Source: Pseudomonadota bacterium (GTDB lineage: Bacteria > UBA10199 > 2-02-FULL-44-16 > JAAZCA01). Taken from it: DNA of 29,991 nt. A program made the position numbers and the translations under genes. Under the pieces are notes generated by a model. That model was not told where the DNA came from and made no database searches. It saw only the letters and a list, made by a program, of their open reading frames with translations. Position 1 is the first letter of the stretch, and every line of letters begins with the position of its first letter. Positions 19,001-27,586 of the stretch are shown here, one piece after another. The DNA lies in contig JAZDOG010000021.1 of the NCBI GenBank assembly GCA_043798915.1, positions 1-29,991 of the forward strand. Direction: 5' to 3'.

Positions 19001-20026
19001 ATGAAGAAAAACCTTTTTGGATTTATTGTGATGTTTGCGCTTGCCGCTGTGGTTGCGGGATGCGGGGGCGGCGGGGGAAGTGGAAGCTCAACCGACAATG
19101 ACCCTGCTTCGCAGACATTCACAAGCGGCAGCAACTCGCTGACAGCTGACACGACGACCTCCGGCAGCACCAAGACAACTGCGGTTACAAACTCCAGCGG
19201 AACCACGGTTCTCACGATGGCTTTGACGGTCAACGGGGTAAGTCTCACTTTCCCCGGCCAGACAAGCACCGCGGACACCACGTTTTCCGAGGCGCTTCCT
19301 GAAATGCCCTCCAATTTTGCCGCCAGCGTCCTCGCCACCTACATCGCGGGTCAGGTCTCCGGCTTTTCTGCAAACACTTCCGCTCGCTCCACAATCTGCG
19401 CAACAAAGGACAGCCCCGGCTGCGACTGGTTTCCGGATACGCAGTGCACGCTCGGGTGCTGCGCCGACCATGATTACTGCTACGACTTAAACGGCTGCAG
19501 CGCTTCTTCATGGCTTATTATCGGACAATCTTCAGAATGCATAAACTGCAACGGCATTGCCGAATATTGTATTTCGAGGGCATGCGCTGGCGTAGATAGT
19601 TCAAGGACGAGCGATCGCTGCTACGACAACCGCTGCCACCAGTTCTACGACTGCGGCGAGGCAGACTGCTACACCTGCACTTCGCCCTGCGACAGCGTTT
19701 CGCCCGCCGCTTGCACTTCCACAAGCTTTTCAAACTGCTGCGGCAACGGAACCTGCGAATTGGGCGAAACCCAGACCAACTGCCCTGCGGACTGCAAGGA
19801 CGGCGCGGGGTACAACCAGTGCTGCTACTCCTCAAGCGACTGCCCAAGCGAAGAGCTTTACACCTGCCCCGGCGCCTGCTGCTGCTGCGGCTCTGGCGAG
19901 GTTTGTACGCGGGATGGTTCGCACGTCTGTACCGGATCGGCGTCAATATCTGTTAAGGACTCTGCCCCGTTCTCTTTGAAGATTCCGGCTGATTGTGTTG
20001 GCAAGCCAAAGTCAGAGTGTCGCTGA
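19001..20026 (+). CDS. Cys-rich lipoprotein with secretory phospholipase A2-like motif
   Basis: Lipobox VAGC; Gly/Ser/Thr linker; CCADHDYCY; CGNGTCELGETQTNCPADC repeat-like unit. Confidence 0.8.
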   Translation: MKKNLFGFIVMFALAAVVAGCGGGGGSGSSTDNDPASQTFTSGSNSLTADTTTSGSTKTTAVTNSSGTTVLTMALTVNGVSLTFPGQTSTADTTFSEALPEMPSNFAASVLATYIAGQVSGFSANTSARSTICATKDSPGCDWFPDTQCTLGCCADHDYCYDLNGCSASSWLIIGQSSECINCNGIAEYCISRACAGVDSSRTSDRCYDNRCHQFYDCGEADCYTCTSPCDSVSPAACTSTSFSNCCGNGTCELGETQTNCPADCKDGAGYNQCCYSSSDCPSEELYTCPGACCCCGSGEVCTRDGSHVCTGSASISVKDSAPFSLKIPADCVGKPKSECR

Positions 20027-20027
20027 T

Positions 20028-20357
20028 ATGGACCAAATAGCGGAGGCCATGGTGACGTCTGAATATAGTGTGCTTGTGATTGTTTTGGTTTCGGCTGTGC
20101 TCTTTTTTGGCGCAATCGGTCTCTCCATATATCTGCTCAAACGATGGAATGGTTTTTTTCGGATTGCGGCTGCACTTCCCGTGCTGGTGCTCACAGGATT
20201 TATTGCTGTCGTTTCCATCGGCATCGCAAAAGATCCAACATCGCACAACCTCTGGCCATTTGAACTCGTAATGTGGGGGGGTGGCACGTTCATCTATCTG
20301 GGGCTGGTTGCACTGCTGAAGCGTTTCGTCGCTATAAAAAGAAACAAGCAGGGCTGA
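20028..20357 (+). CDS. Small membrane protein (about 3 TM)
   Basis: Hydrophobic segments and DPTSHNLWPFE motif; ATG 1 bp after the lipoprotein stop. Confidence 0.75.
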   Translation: MDQIAEAMVTSEYSVLVIVLVSAVLFFGAIGLSIYLLKRWNGFFRIAAALPVLVLTGFIAVVSIGIAKDPTSHNLWPFELVMWGGGTFIYLGLVALLKRFVAIKRNKQG

Positions 20358-20377
20358 CTACGCTTGGACCTGAAAGA

Positions 20378-20770
20378 TCAATATCCCAGCTTGCGGAGTT
20401 TTTCGTCGTCCATGCCGAAGTAGTGTCTGACTTCGTGCAGGAGCGTGCGGCGTATCTCATCCTGTATCGAAACCTCGTCTCCCCCGCAGAGTTCTTCTAT
20501 TGATTCGCGGAAGAGGGTGATCCTGTCGGGCAGGACCATGTTGTAGAATTGCGGGTCGCGTTTTCCGAGAGGCACGCCCTGGTAGAGGCCGAGCAGGAGC
20601 CAATCTCCCTCTCCCTCCTTGAGCCCCTCACGTTCCTCGAAGTGGTCGAGCTCTTCATCCGTCGGCCAGTCCTCCACGATAACCTCGATATTATTCAGGG
20701 CCTTTCTGAACTCCTCTGGCAGGTCATCCACCGCGAGGGCGACGATCTGGCGGAATTTCTTGATATCCAT
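20378..20770 (-). CDS. Minimal zincin metallopeptidase family (Zincin_1/DUF1025)
   Basis: LPEEFR, LLGLYQGVPL, PDRITLFR and LLHEVRHYFGMDD. Confidence 0.9.
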   Translation of the reverse strand: MDIKKFRQIVALAVDDLPEEFRKALNNIEVIVEDWPTDEELDHFEEREGLKEGEGDWLLLGLYQGVPLGKRDPQFYNMVLPDRITLFRESIEELCGGDEVSIQDEIRRTLLHEVRHYFGMDDEKLRKLGY

Positions 20771-20829
20771 TGTGACGGATTATCGCATGAGGTGGGGGAG
20801 GAGACAAGGCGGCACGGCATTACAGCCCG

Positions 20830-20862
20830 AAAAACAAAAGATCGAGCCGCCTGACCCGATCT
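20830..20862 (-). terminator. Intrinsic terminator-like hairpin (minus strand)
   Basis: Minus strand AGATCGGGTC-AGGC-GGCTCGATCT followed by TTTGTTTTT. Two pairs are G-U, which work only on the minus strand. Confidence 0.6.
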
Positions 20863-20883
20863 GTTTTTACGCTCCTATATATA

Positions 20884-20911
20884 TTATCGGCAGCGCGGAT
20901 GCCAAGGTTGC
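20884..20911 (-). promoter_or_regulatory. Putative sigma28 (FliA-type) promoter
   Basis: Perfect -10 GCCGATAA (plus 20884-20891); only a weak -35 (GCAACCTT). Confidence 0.5.
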
Positions 20912-21135
20912 TAATAAAATTCGATTCAGACAAAAAATCGTCACTTTGATTCAAAATGAAGTTTTTGATGTTCAAAAGCAAAAAAATCGATCATTTTCCC
21001 GTCCAGCACCCCCCATTACTTCGAAAATTATACCCAATTTATCCGCCGTCGCCGTTTAGGAGTTGTTTTCAAAATCATCCCTCCAGTCTAACAATCCAAT
21101 GGTTGTCAAAAAAGCCCACATTATTTTCACATATC

Positions 21136-21249
21136 GTCAATAATTTGACAAAAAACAAGTTTTTCTAAGACATGTCTAAAAAATAAATTATTAAATATCA
21201 AACTGTTATAAAAGAGATACCCAAAAACTTGGTTGGCATGACGTTTGCT
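21136..21249 (+). promoter_or_regulatory. Sigma54 promoter with IHF site and palindromic upstream activator site
   Basis: TGGCATG-ACGT-TTGCT at 21234-21249 (GG-N10-GC); TATCAAACTGTTA at 21196-21208 matches WATCAANNNNTTR; GTCAA-TAAT-TTGAC at 21136-21149. Confidence 0.75.
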
Positions 21250-21295
21250 AATAATAGGCCCTAGTGGGTGCAGGAGAGATCGATAAGGAGCTGAT

Positions 21296-21838
21296 ATGAA
21301 TAGGCGCAGGTCGAAGGAGCCATTTCTTGAGCAGCTGAAGGCCGTCGTCGGATCGCTTCGCAGGATGAAGCCCGGGGAAGTGCAGATATTAAGCGTCAAC
21401 GCGAGGTATGGGCATTATCAGATATGCGTGGGGGCGGCGAAGGGCGGCGAGGAAGGCCGGCGGGAGGGCGGAAAGGATCGGCCCATCGAAATCCACGGGG
21501 AGATACATCATCTCTTTGTGTCGCCCGACGCGGTGAGGGCCAATCCCTCGAAGCGCCAGATGATCGAAAATCTGAAGGATACAGTGATAGTGCGCGGTCT
21601 CTATATTCGCCTGCGCGACCCGAAGGGCGATGGCCAGCACCTGGATCACCTGGGCGACAGGAGCGCGGCCGTCCGCGCGAGGGAGTGCATCAACCTGGCC
21701 GGCCGGAAGGGTGAGAAGCTCATCGAGGACGCAGGGCAGGCGAGGCGCCTCCAGATGGCCGCATACCGAATAATTCAGGAGGATATCCTCCGGACGTTCA
21801 AGGAACATCGGGATGAGTCCACCGAACCCGCCGAGTGA
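21296..21838 (+). CDS. Hypothetical protein
   Basis: TAAGGAG RBS, host-like codon usage, directly downstream of the sigma54 promoter. Confidence 0.75.
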   Translation: MNRRRSKEPFLEQLKAVVGSLRRMKPGEVQILSVNARYGHYQICVGAAKGGEEGRREGGKDRPIEIHGEIHHLFVSPDAVRANPSKRQMIENLKDTVIVRGLYIRLRDPKGDGQHLDHLGDRSAAVRARECINLAGRKGEKLIEDAGQARRLQMAAYRIIQEDILRTFKEHRDESTEPAE

Positions 21839-21924
21839 TTCGTCATTTGCCCGAACGATTGACAATAAAAAAACATAGTTGAATAGTCCCCTCCCGCTAA
21901 TCATTTCAGACATGAGGTTAAAAG

Positions 21925-23424
21925 ATGAAGGATCAGCTCGCACGCGAGTATGCGAACTTCAAAAATATCGAGAAGGAGATCGACCGCTATCTTTTCCTTT
22001 CGGGCCTTCAGGATCGAGACGAAACCCTCTTCTACAGGCTGCTCCAGGAACATATAAGCGAGATGATGCCGATCGTGTACACTCCGGTCGTGGGGCTGGC
22101 GTGCCAGAGATACAGCCATATCTGCCGGGAGAGGACGCGCGGCGTATTCGTGCCCTATGCCCGCCGCGGCGACATCGATGCGATTCTCTCGGGTGTCCCC
22201 AGCGATGGCGTCGAGGTCATCGTCGTCACGGACGGCGAGCGGATACTCGGGCTCGGCGATCTCGGCGCGAACGGGATGGGGATCCCCATCGGCAAGCTTA
22301 CGCTTTACACGCTCTGCGCCGGGATCCATCCGTCGGCCGCGCTGCCGGTCCTCCTCGATACGGGCACAGAGAACCAAAGCCTCCTGGATGATCCGCTCTA
22401 CATCGGCTGGCGCCACGGGCGTGTGCGCGGCAAGGACTACGACGGCTTCGTCGAGGAATTCGTGCAGTGCGCGATGAAAAAATTCCCCGGCGCGCTCCTG
22501 CAGTGGGAGGATTTTTCAAAGGAGAACGCGGGACCGCTGCTCGAAAAATATCGCGACCGCCTCTGCACGTTCAACGACGACATCCAGGGGACAGGCTCGG
22601 TGGCGCTGGCCGGGATTATCGCGGCGACTAAGGCCGCCGGAACCAAACTTGCCGATCATCGTATCGTAATGCTCGGCGCCGGCTCCGCCGCGACGGGCAT
22701 CAGCGACCAGATTGTCGCTGCGGCCGTAGACGAAGGGATCCCGGAGCGGCAGGCGAGATCACAGATATGGCTCGTGGACAAGGACGGGTTAGTCCTGGAA
22801 CCTTTGAAACACAGATATGCTCAGCCCAAAGAGCGGGTGACGGGCTGGGAGCTTGAACGCCCGGATTCGATAATGCTCCGCGATACGGTGAGAAACGTGC
22901 GGCCGACGATACTCATCGGCGTCTCCGCACAGACGGGCGCGTTCACCAAAGAGATCATCTGCGATATGGCCGGCGCCGTGGAGAGGCCGATCATATTTCC
23001 GCTCTCGAATCCAAACTCAAAGTGCGAGGCGGTGCCGGCGGACATCATCGCCTGGACATCGGGCAAGGCGATCGTCGCTACCGGTTCGCCGTTCCCCGAG
23101 GTGTCATGCGGAGGCAGGTCGATCCGAATCGGCCAGTGCAACAACGCCTTCGTCTTCCCGGGTATCGGGTTGGGGCTTGTCGCTGCGAAGGTGAGGCGAG
23201 TCACCGACGGCATGTTCGTCGCTGCGGCGCGCGCCCTCGCTGGATTTTCGCCGGCGCTTAAGGATCAAGATGCGCCGCTCTATCCGACGCTCGACAAGGT
23301 GCGCGACGTCTCGCGGGCAGTGGCGATCGCCGTTGCGCTCAAGGCACAGGAGCAGGGCCTGGCAGAGAAGACGTCGCGTGAAGAGCTAGAGATGTTGATC
23401 GACAAAAAGATGTGGAAGCCGTAG
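21925..23424 (+). CDS. maeA: NAD-dependent malic enzyme (short N-terminus)
   Basis: [50 protein letters not shown] and [10 protein letters not shown]. Confidence 0.93.
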   Translation: MKDQLAREYANFKNIEKEIDRYLFLSGLQDRDETLFYRLLQEHISEMMPIVYTPVVGLACQRYSHICRERTRGVFVPYARRGDIDAILSGVPSDGVEVIVVTDGERILGLGDLGANGMGIPIGKLTLYTLCAGIHPSAALPVLLDTGTENQSLLDDPLYIGWRHGRVRGKDYDGFVEEFVQCAMKKFPGALLQWEDFSKENAGPLLEKYRDRLCTFNDDIQGTGSVALAGIIAATKAAGTKLADHRIVMLGAGSAATGISDQIVAAAVDEGIPERQARSQIWLVDKDGLVLEPLKHRYAQPKERVTGWELERPDSIMLRDTVRNVRPTILIGVSAQTGAFTKEIICDMAGAVERPIIFPLSNPNSKCEAVPADIIAWTSGKAIVATGSPFPEVSCGGRSIRIGQCNNAFVFPGIGLGLVAAKVRRVTDGMFVAAARALAGFSPALKDQDAPLYPTLDKVRDVSRAVAIAVALKAQEQGLAEKTSREELEMLIDKKMWKP

Positions 23425-23461
23425 AAAATTTTTTGCGTTCCTTCAGACACAATTTGTGAAT

Positions 23462-24019
23462 TTATTTCAGGACCGATGCCCATTCCATTGTTAGGCTAAG
23501 TTTTTTCGCCCATCTGTCTATAAACGTAGTGTTTATCTGATCGCCTGACACGTCCAACATGCCCTTGATATCTTCGATGTGTTTTTGCGAGCCGCCTTCT
23601 TTATAGTATACAAGTTTTTTCAATATTACGTATTCTGGTGGAGCTACCCATACGGTCTCATTTGCAATGAGTTCTACCCTCTTCCTGTTTTCAAAACCCC
23701 ATTTGGTCAAATCATCATCTCCGGCAGGGTAGATATCAATTTTAAAGCCGGTTTTTTGGTCGATCACGTTCATGTGCCCGTTTTCACCGAGCCGTATGGC
23801 TTCCTGAATAGTCTCGTCCGGGGGGCAATAATAATCATCGATATCGAATGATTTTGTAAAACCTTTTATTTTAGAGGCGGGGAAGACGACTACAACATCC
23901 ATATCTTGCGTCAGGCGAGGTTTGCCATATAAAATTGAAGCAACAGAGCCCGTTATCATATAGTCCAGATCGAGAGCTTCAATTTTTCTCAAAAATGTCA
24001 GAAGATTTTTTAAATCCAT
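23462..24019 (-). CDS. Nucleotidyltransferase-fold protein (MenT1/AbiEii/DUF6036-like putative toxin)
   Basis: YMITGSVASILYGKPRLTQDMDVV, KIDIY, PEYVILKKL and KHIEDI. Confidence 0.8.
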   Translation of the reverse strand: MDLKNLLTFLRKIEALDLDYMITGSVASILYGKPRLTQDMDVVVVFPASKIKGFTKSFDIDDYYCPPDETIQEAIRLGENGHMNVIDQKTGFKIDIYPAGDDDLTKWGFENRKRVELIANETVWVAPPEYVILKKLVYYKEGGSQKHIEDIKGMLDVSGDQINTTFIDRWAKKLSLTMEWASVLK

Positions 24020-24021
24020 AA

Positions 24022-24207
24022 TTAAAAATACGTGCGGATTTTCTTTTCAAGCTCCGCTTCGCTGATATTGGGGTTGGCGCGCTTGATACGACCCTTGATG
24101 ATCTCCCTTGCAAAGAAATATAATTGAGAAGCCGAGGCTATTCGCTGCCAGGAAGTTTGCCTTCGGTAGATATCGGTTTGAGGATCGGTTTTGCCGATTG
24201 ATTGCAT
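24022..24207 (-). CDS. Small helical protein (MenA1-like putative antitoxin)
   Basis: 61 aa, 2 bp before the NTase; QRIASASQLY...GRIKRANPNISEAEL pattern. Confidence 0.7.
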   Translation of the reverse strand: MQSIGKTDPQTDIYRRQTSWQRIASASQLYFFAREIIKGRIKRANPNISEAELEKKIRTYF

Positions 24208-24260
24208 ATGGATGACCTATACGATGGGGATAAACAAAATTCTACCCCTATTTATGCTAA

Positions 24261-24296
24261 GTACCTACGACACTCCCTTGCACGTCCTCGTTTTTC
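24261..24296. repeat. Solo diverged copy of the inverted-repeat arm at 26600-26635
   Basis: GTACCTACGACACTCCCTTGCACGTCCTCGTTTTTC, 32/36 identical by manual alignment. Confidence 0.85.
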
Positions 24297-24367
24297 ACCC
24301 CCTTGAACCAATGGTCCCGGAGGCATCTTCTCAAGTGAGTTGTGTGGTTTGTCCTGAGAAATGACCT

Positions 24368-25483
24368 TTAACGAGGCTCTTTGGACGGTGCTACAATCAA
24401 CAACATAGACGTGAAGCTGGACGTTTTAAGCTGGGGGCCGAGCAGGGGGATCTCATGCTTGCCATTATCTTTTATCCATCCAAGCGCGTAGTTGCCTGAA
24501 TCCAGCAAGGCCGCATTCTTTGCTCCAATAGAAGCAACAAATCTGGCGGTTTCGTAGAGATTCATTTCATCATTTAGCTGCATGATCATCCACGTGCGTA
24601 TTAAATTATTTCCTGCATCGATAAATTCTCGTTCGACCAACACCCTCCTTGCTGCCTTAGCGGGATCAGAATGTTTGATTCCGAGTGGTGATGCTACCTT
24701 GATGCTGCCATTTTCCACCAGGGTGAAGGCTTGAAATAGATCGGCATTCTTAAGCCACTCTGGCGCATGATGAGCCACGGCTTCGATCGTCATGTTGTCG
24801 CCCGATGAGGCGCCATCTTTGGGTATTTCGTTTCTGTTATAAATTGCAGGTCCTGCGGCCGTGATCACAACAACCCCACCATATTTTTCAACATTCGGCA
24901 TCTTCCAGCCAACTGACATTCCGTCGTTGAGATGAAAACCATCAATCTCCAGGTCAGGGCTGGAAAATGCCGCGGCAACCTGCAGGATGACCTCGGTTTC
25001 TGGATGACTTCGCTGATATGCCGTTGCTCTTGCAGCAAAAGTTTTTGACACATTGCCATTTGGGGTAAGAACGTCAAATCTACCCTTACCGCCAGACTCC
25101 AATGTGAACATATTGGCAATCACCTCACCTTGCCGATTTATGATATTGAACTCTTTTACTGCTCCGTTGCCGGCCATTGATCTGCCAGGCTGGATAGTCA
25201 ATTTTCGTGCATCCAGGGCATCCCGAATGTTTTTATATGTGGGGATTATGCGCTCAGGCGGCTTTGATGACGTGGTCCTTCCGGAAATCACGTTGTCCAA
25301 ACATCGTCGTGCATCTGCAAAGGACTCGTTAGAACAGCTCCGGTACTTATCATAGAGTTCCTCGATGGCTGAGGCCTGTTGGGGGAATTCCCACTTGAGT
25401 TTCTCAACCGAGGAGTCCTGATTGTTGCCGCTGAGGGCAGCTCGCAGCTTCTCTCGTATTTCTGGAGATATTTTTGGAGCCAT
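24368..25483 (-). CDS. Hypothetical protein; C-terminus resembles phosphodiester glycosidase (NAGPA/DUF2233)
   Basis: 371-aa ORF in AT-richer DNA; ARRVLV...MNLYETARFVASIGAKNAALLDSG resembles the L.ELA..L..LG...ALNLDGG motif. Confidence 0.6.
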   Translation of the reverse strand: MAPKISPEIREKLRAALSGNNQDSSVEKLKWEFPQQASAIEELYDKYRSCSNESFADARRCLDNVISGRTTSSKPPERIIPTYKNIRDALDARKLTIQPGRSMAGNGAVKEFNIINRQGEVIANMFTLESGGKGRFDVLTPNGNVSKTFAARATAYQRSHPETEVILQVAAAFSSPDLEIDGFHLNDGMSVGWKMPNVEKYGGVVVITAAGPAIYNRNEIPKDGASSGDNMTIEAVAHHAPEWLKNADLFQAFTLVENGSIKVASPLGIKHSDPAKAARRVLVEREFIDAGNNLIRTWMIMQLNDEMNLYETARFVASIGAKNAALLDSGNYALGWIKDNGKHEIPLLGPQLKTSSFTSMLLIVAPSKEPR

Positions 25484-25629
25484 ATTGATTCCACGGGAGG
25501 AAATCTCTTCCCATATAATTATCGGCTTTACTCAGGAAAAGTTGCTTAAAAAATGCAAAAAATGGAACTGGCGGTTTCAGTTGCATGATTCGCCTAAATT
25601 GTTGCACTCTGTCGGAAAGGGGAGCGGTT

Positions 25630-25821
25630 ATGCCGTTTGTCAGAAGGCCTGGAATAGAGGGATTGGTCTTTGTGCCGGAGGGGTGCCCTTCATGCGAGAA
25701 GAAGCACGATTGCCCGGATTGCTTTTACTGCCAGCAGTGCAGCGAGACGCGTTGCCGAGCCTGCCGCGGGGATGTGAAGCGCAAGGGGAAGAAGAAAAAA
25801 CGCCCATCCTGCGATAGATGA
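25630..25821 (+). CDS. Small Cys-rich basic protein
   Basis: GGAG RBS; CPSC..KHDCPDCFYCQQCSETRCRAC; Lys-rich tail. Confidence 0.65.
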   Translation: MPFVRRPGIEGLVFVPEGCPSCEKKHDCPDCFYCQQCSETRCRACRGDVKRKGKKKKRPSCDR

Positions 25822-25859
25822 ATATCAGATGAACCGTCGGCGGGCAGGTATTTCGCGCG

Positions 25860-26144
25860 CTATTCCTCGTACACATCTCTTCGATGTTTGATTACCACTA
25901 TGGTCACGATCCGTTCCTTTGGGTCGATTCGATATACGATTCTATAGTCGCCAACGCGCAATCTGCGATGGCCTTTGAGGCTGTAGCGCAGTGGCTTGCC
26001 CAACCCGACGGGATCGATTGTCAGACGCTCCTCAATAGCCCTATGAATCAAGAGGCGGGAGGATTTAGGCAGCCTCGGAATGTCCTCATTGACGACAGAA
26101 TCCAGATACACGATTCGATAGAGGTCACTTCCATGCTTTGTCAT
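25860..26144 (-). CDS. relE: RelE/ParE family toxin
   Basis: GKPLRYSLKGHRRLRVGDYRIVY...IKHRRDVY. Confidence 0.92.
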   Translation of the reverse strand: MTKHGSDLYRIVYLDSVVNEDIPRLPKSSRLLIHRAIEERLTIDPVGLGKPLRYSLKGHRRLRVGDYRIVYRIDPKERIVTIVVIKHRRDVYEE

Positions 26145-26346
26145 GGGAGACGGTCCTCTTGGATTTATGCTCGCGCTTCATCGCAAGGTCCGAGAGCAGC
26201 ATGTCTTCATGCCGGTCGAGTGCCTCGACGATGAGCTCCTGCGCCACGACGGACAGGGATTTATCTTCATTCTCGGCGATCTCAGAGAGCGCCAGGAGAA
26301 CCGCTTTCGACAGGACGACATTCAACCTGGGATTCTTCGTGGGCAT
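26125..26346 (-). CDS. RHH/CopG-like antitoxin
   Basis: MPTKNPRLNVVL...SLS.VAQELIVEALDRHED...VSHDKAWK; AAGGAGG RBS; overlaps the toxin. Confidence 0.85.
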   Translation of the reverse strand: MPTKNPRLNVVLSKAVLLALSEIAENEDKSLSVVAQELIVEALDRHEDMLLSDLAMKREHKSKRTVSHDKAWK

Positions 26347-26378
26347 CGCGAACCTCCTTTTTCCACCTATCGACCAAA

Positions 26379-26398
26379 GTGTATCACTAGTGATACAC
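26379..26398. promoter_or_regulatory. Perfect 20-bp palindrome, likely TA autoregulatory operator
   Basis: GTGTATCACT-AGTGATACAC, 32 bp upstream of the antitoxin start. Confidence 0.7.
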
Positions 26399-26421
26399 CT
26401 GGTCAACTGAAAAACCCACGG

Positions 26422-26636
26422 CGAAAAACGAGGAGGTGTAAGGGAGGGTCGTAGGTGCAGGGCGCACTTCGCTCGCTATTCCTCGCCAAAAGGTCGTGTG
26501 GATTTGGAAACTTAAATGTCCTCCGCTGTCGGCCTTTAAGTTTCCAAACCACTACGACTTTTGTCTTCGTCATACGCTCGTCTCGTAAACGCGCCTTTAG
26601 CACCTACGACCCTCCCTTACACCTCCTCGTTTTTCG
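26422..26636. repeat. 215-bp nested inverted-repeat element (MITE/REPIN-like or structured RNA)
   Basis: Perfect 37-bp arms at 26422-26458 and 26600-26636; internal stem TTTGGAAACTTAAA/TTTAAGTTTCCAAA extended by GTCGT/ACGAC. Confidence 0.85.
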
Positions 26637-26645
26637 ACAGCGTAG

Positions 26646-27287
26646 CTAAACCTTGCCGTTAATCTCTGCATTCAATCTCTTAAAGAAATCTGCCATGAAC
26701 GCATGGCGGCCCTCTGCCAGGCGCTTTCCTTCGCGCGTTAGCAGGCGTCTGTGGACGTGCTGGAGCTTGTGGAGAAATTCCCTGTAGGCCGTGTCCTCGG
26801 GCCCGTATGCGTCCGTCTTCATCGGATCCACCTTCGAATCGTTGTGGAGCTTTGCTCCGTGTTCGCCTGAAAAGAGAAATGCTCGGCCGATCCCGACCGC
26901 GCCTATCGCGTCGATCTTGTCCGCATCGAAGATGACCTTGCCTTCCAGCGTCTCGGGTACGCTCTCCTTGCGATATCTGTGTCGCTCTATGCAGTGGACG
27001 ACGTCGTCGATGAACTTGTCCGGCAGCTTGTGCCTTAAGAGTATCTCCCTCGCGAGCCTCCCGCCTTCCGCTGCGTGGCAGATCTTGCCGAGGGATTCAT
27101 CCTCCTTTTTTCTCCCGATGTCGTGGAGGAGCGCCGCGATCTCGATGACCTTGAGGTCGGCGCCCTCCGCCTTTCCGATGTGGAGGGCGAGCTTCACCAC
27201 GCGCTCGGTGTGGTCCCAGCTGTGGCATCCGTGGCCAACGAACGCAGCCCTGGCCTCGTCCCTGATTTCACCAATTATTTTCTTCAT
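26646..27287 (-). CDS. HD-domain phosphohydrolase (YedJ-like)
   Basis: HSWDHTERV, ALLHDIGR, HRYR and DADKIDAIGAVGIGR. Confidence 0.9.
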   Translation of the reverse strand: MKKIIGEIRDEARAAFVGHGCHSWDHTERVVKLALHIGKAEGADLKVIEIAALLHDIGRKKEDESLGKICHAAEGGRLAREILLRHKLPDKFIDDVVHCIERHRYRKESVPETLEGKVIFDADKIDAIGAVGIGRAFLFSGEHGAKLHNDSKVDPMKTDAYGPEDTAYREFLHKLQHVHRRLLTREGKRLAEGRHAFMADFFKRLNAEINGKV

Positions 27288-27586
27288 TTTTTGTTCTGGA
27301 TCGTTTCACACCGCGCCGAGATGATGCCCCTGAACGATTCTGAAATCGAACACCAGTCCACGATATCCACGCGAAAGGGGATATTGGACTCCTCAAACGC
27401 CTCTTTGAGCCTGGCGAGCCTCGACCTGTCGATCTTTTCCTGGCCAACGACTGCCAGGTCGAGATCGGAATAGGGCTTCGCCTCGCCGCCCACCCGCGAG
27501 CCAAACGCCCGAACCTCGCATTCTGGCACATGTTCAGCAAGAATGCGCCTGACCTCGGCCATAACATGAGGCATGACATCAATCAT
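27284..27586 (-). CDS. mntA: Minimal nucleotidyltransferase (MNT) antitoxin
   Basis: FGSRVGGEAKPYSDLDL fits GSX10DXD; IPFRVDIVDW. Confidence 0.9.
   Translation of the reverse strand: MIDVMPHVMAEVRRILAEHVPECEVRAFGSRVGGEAKPYSDLDLAVVGQEKIDRSRLARLKEAFEESNIPFRVDIVDWCSISESFRGIISARCETIQNKK

Noticed and set aside
26422..26636. Integron attC site
   Set aside because: Did not see RYYYAAC/GTTRRRY ends with the extrahelical-base pattern, and no integron integrase is in the window.
26403..26649. Two short ORFs sharing TYDPPLHLLVFR
   Set aside because: By-product of the 37-bp inverted repeat.
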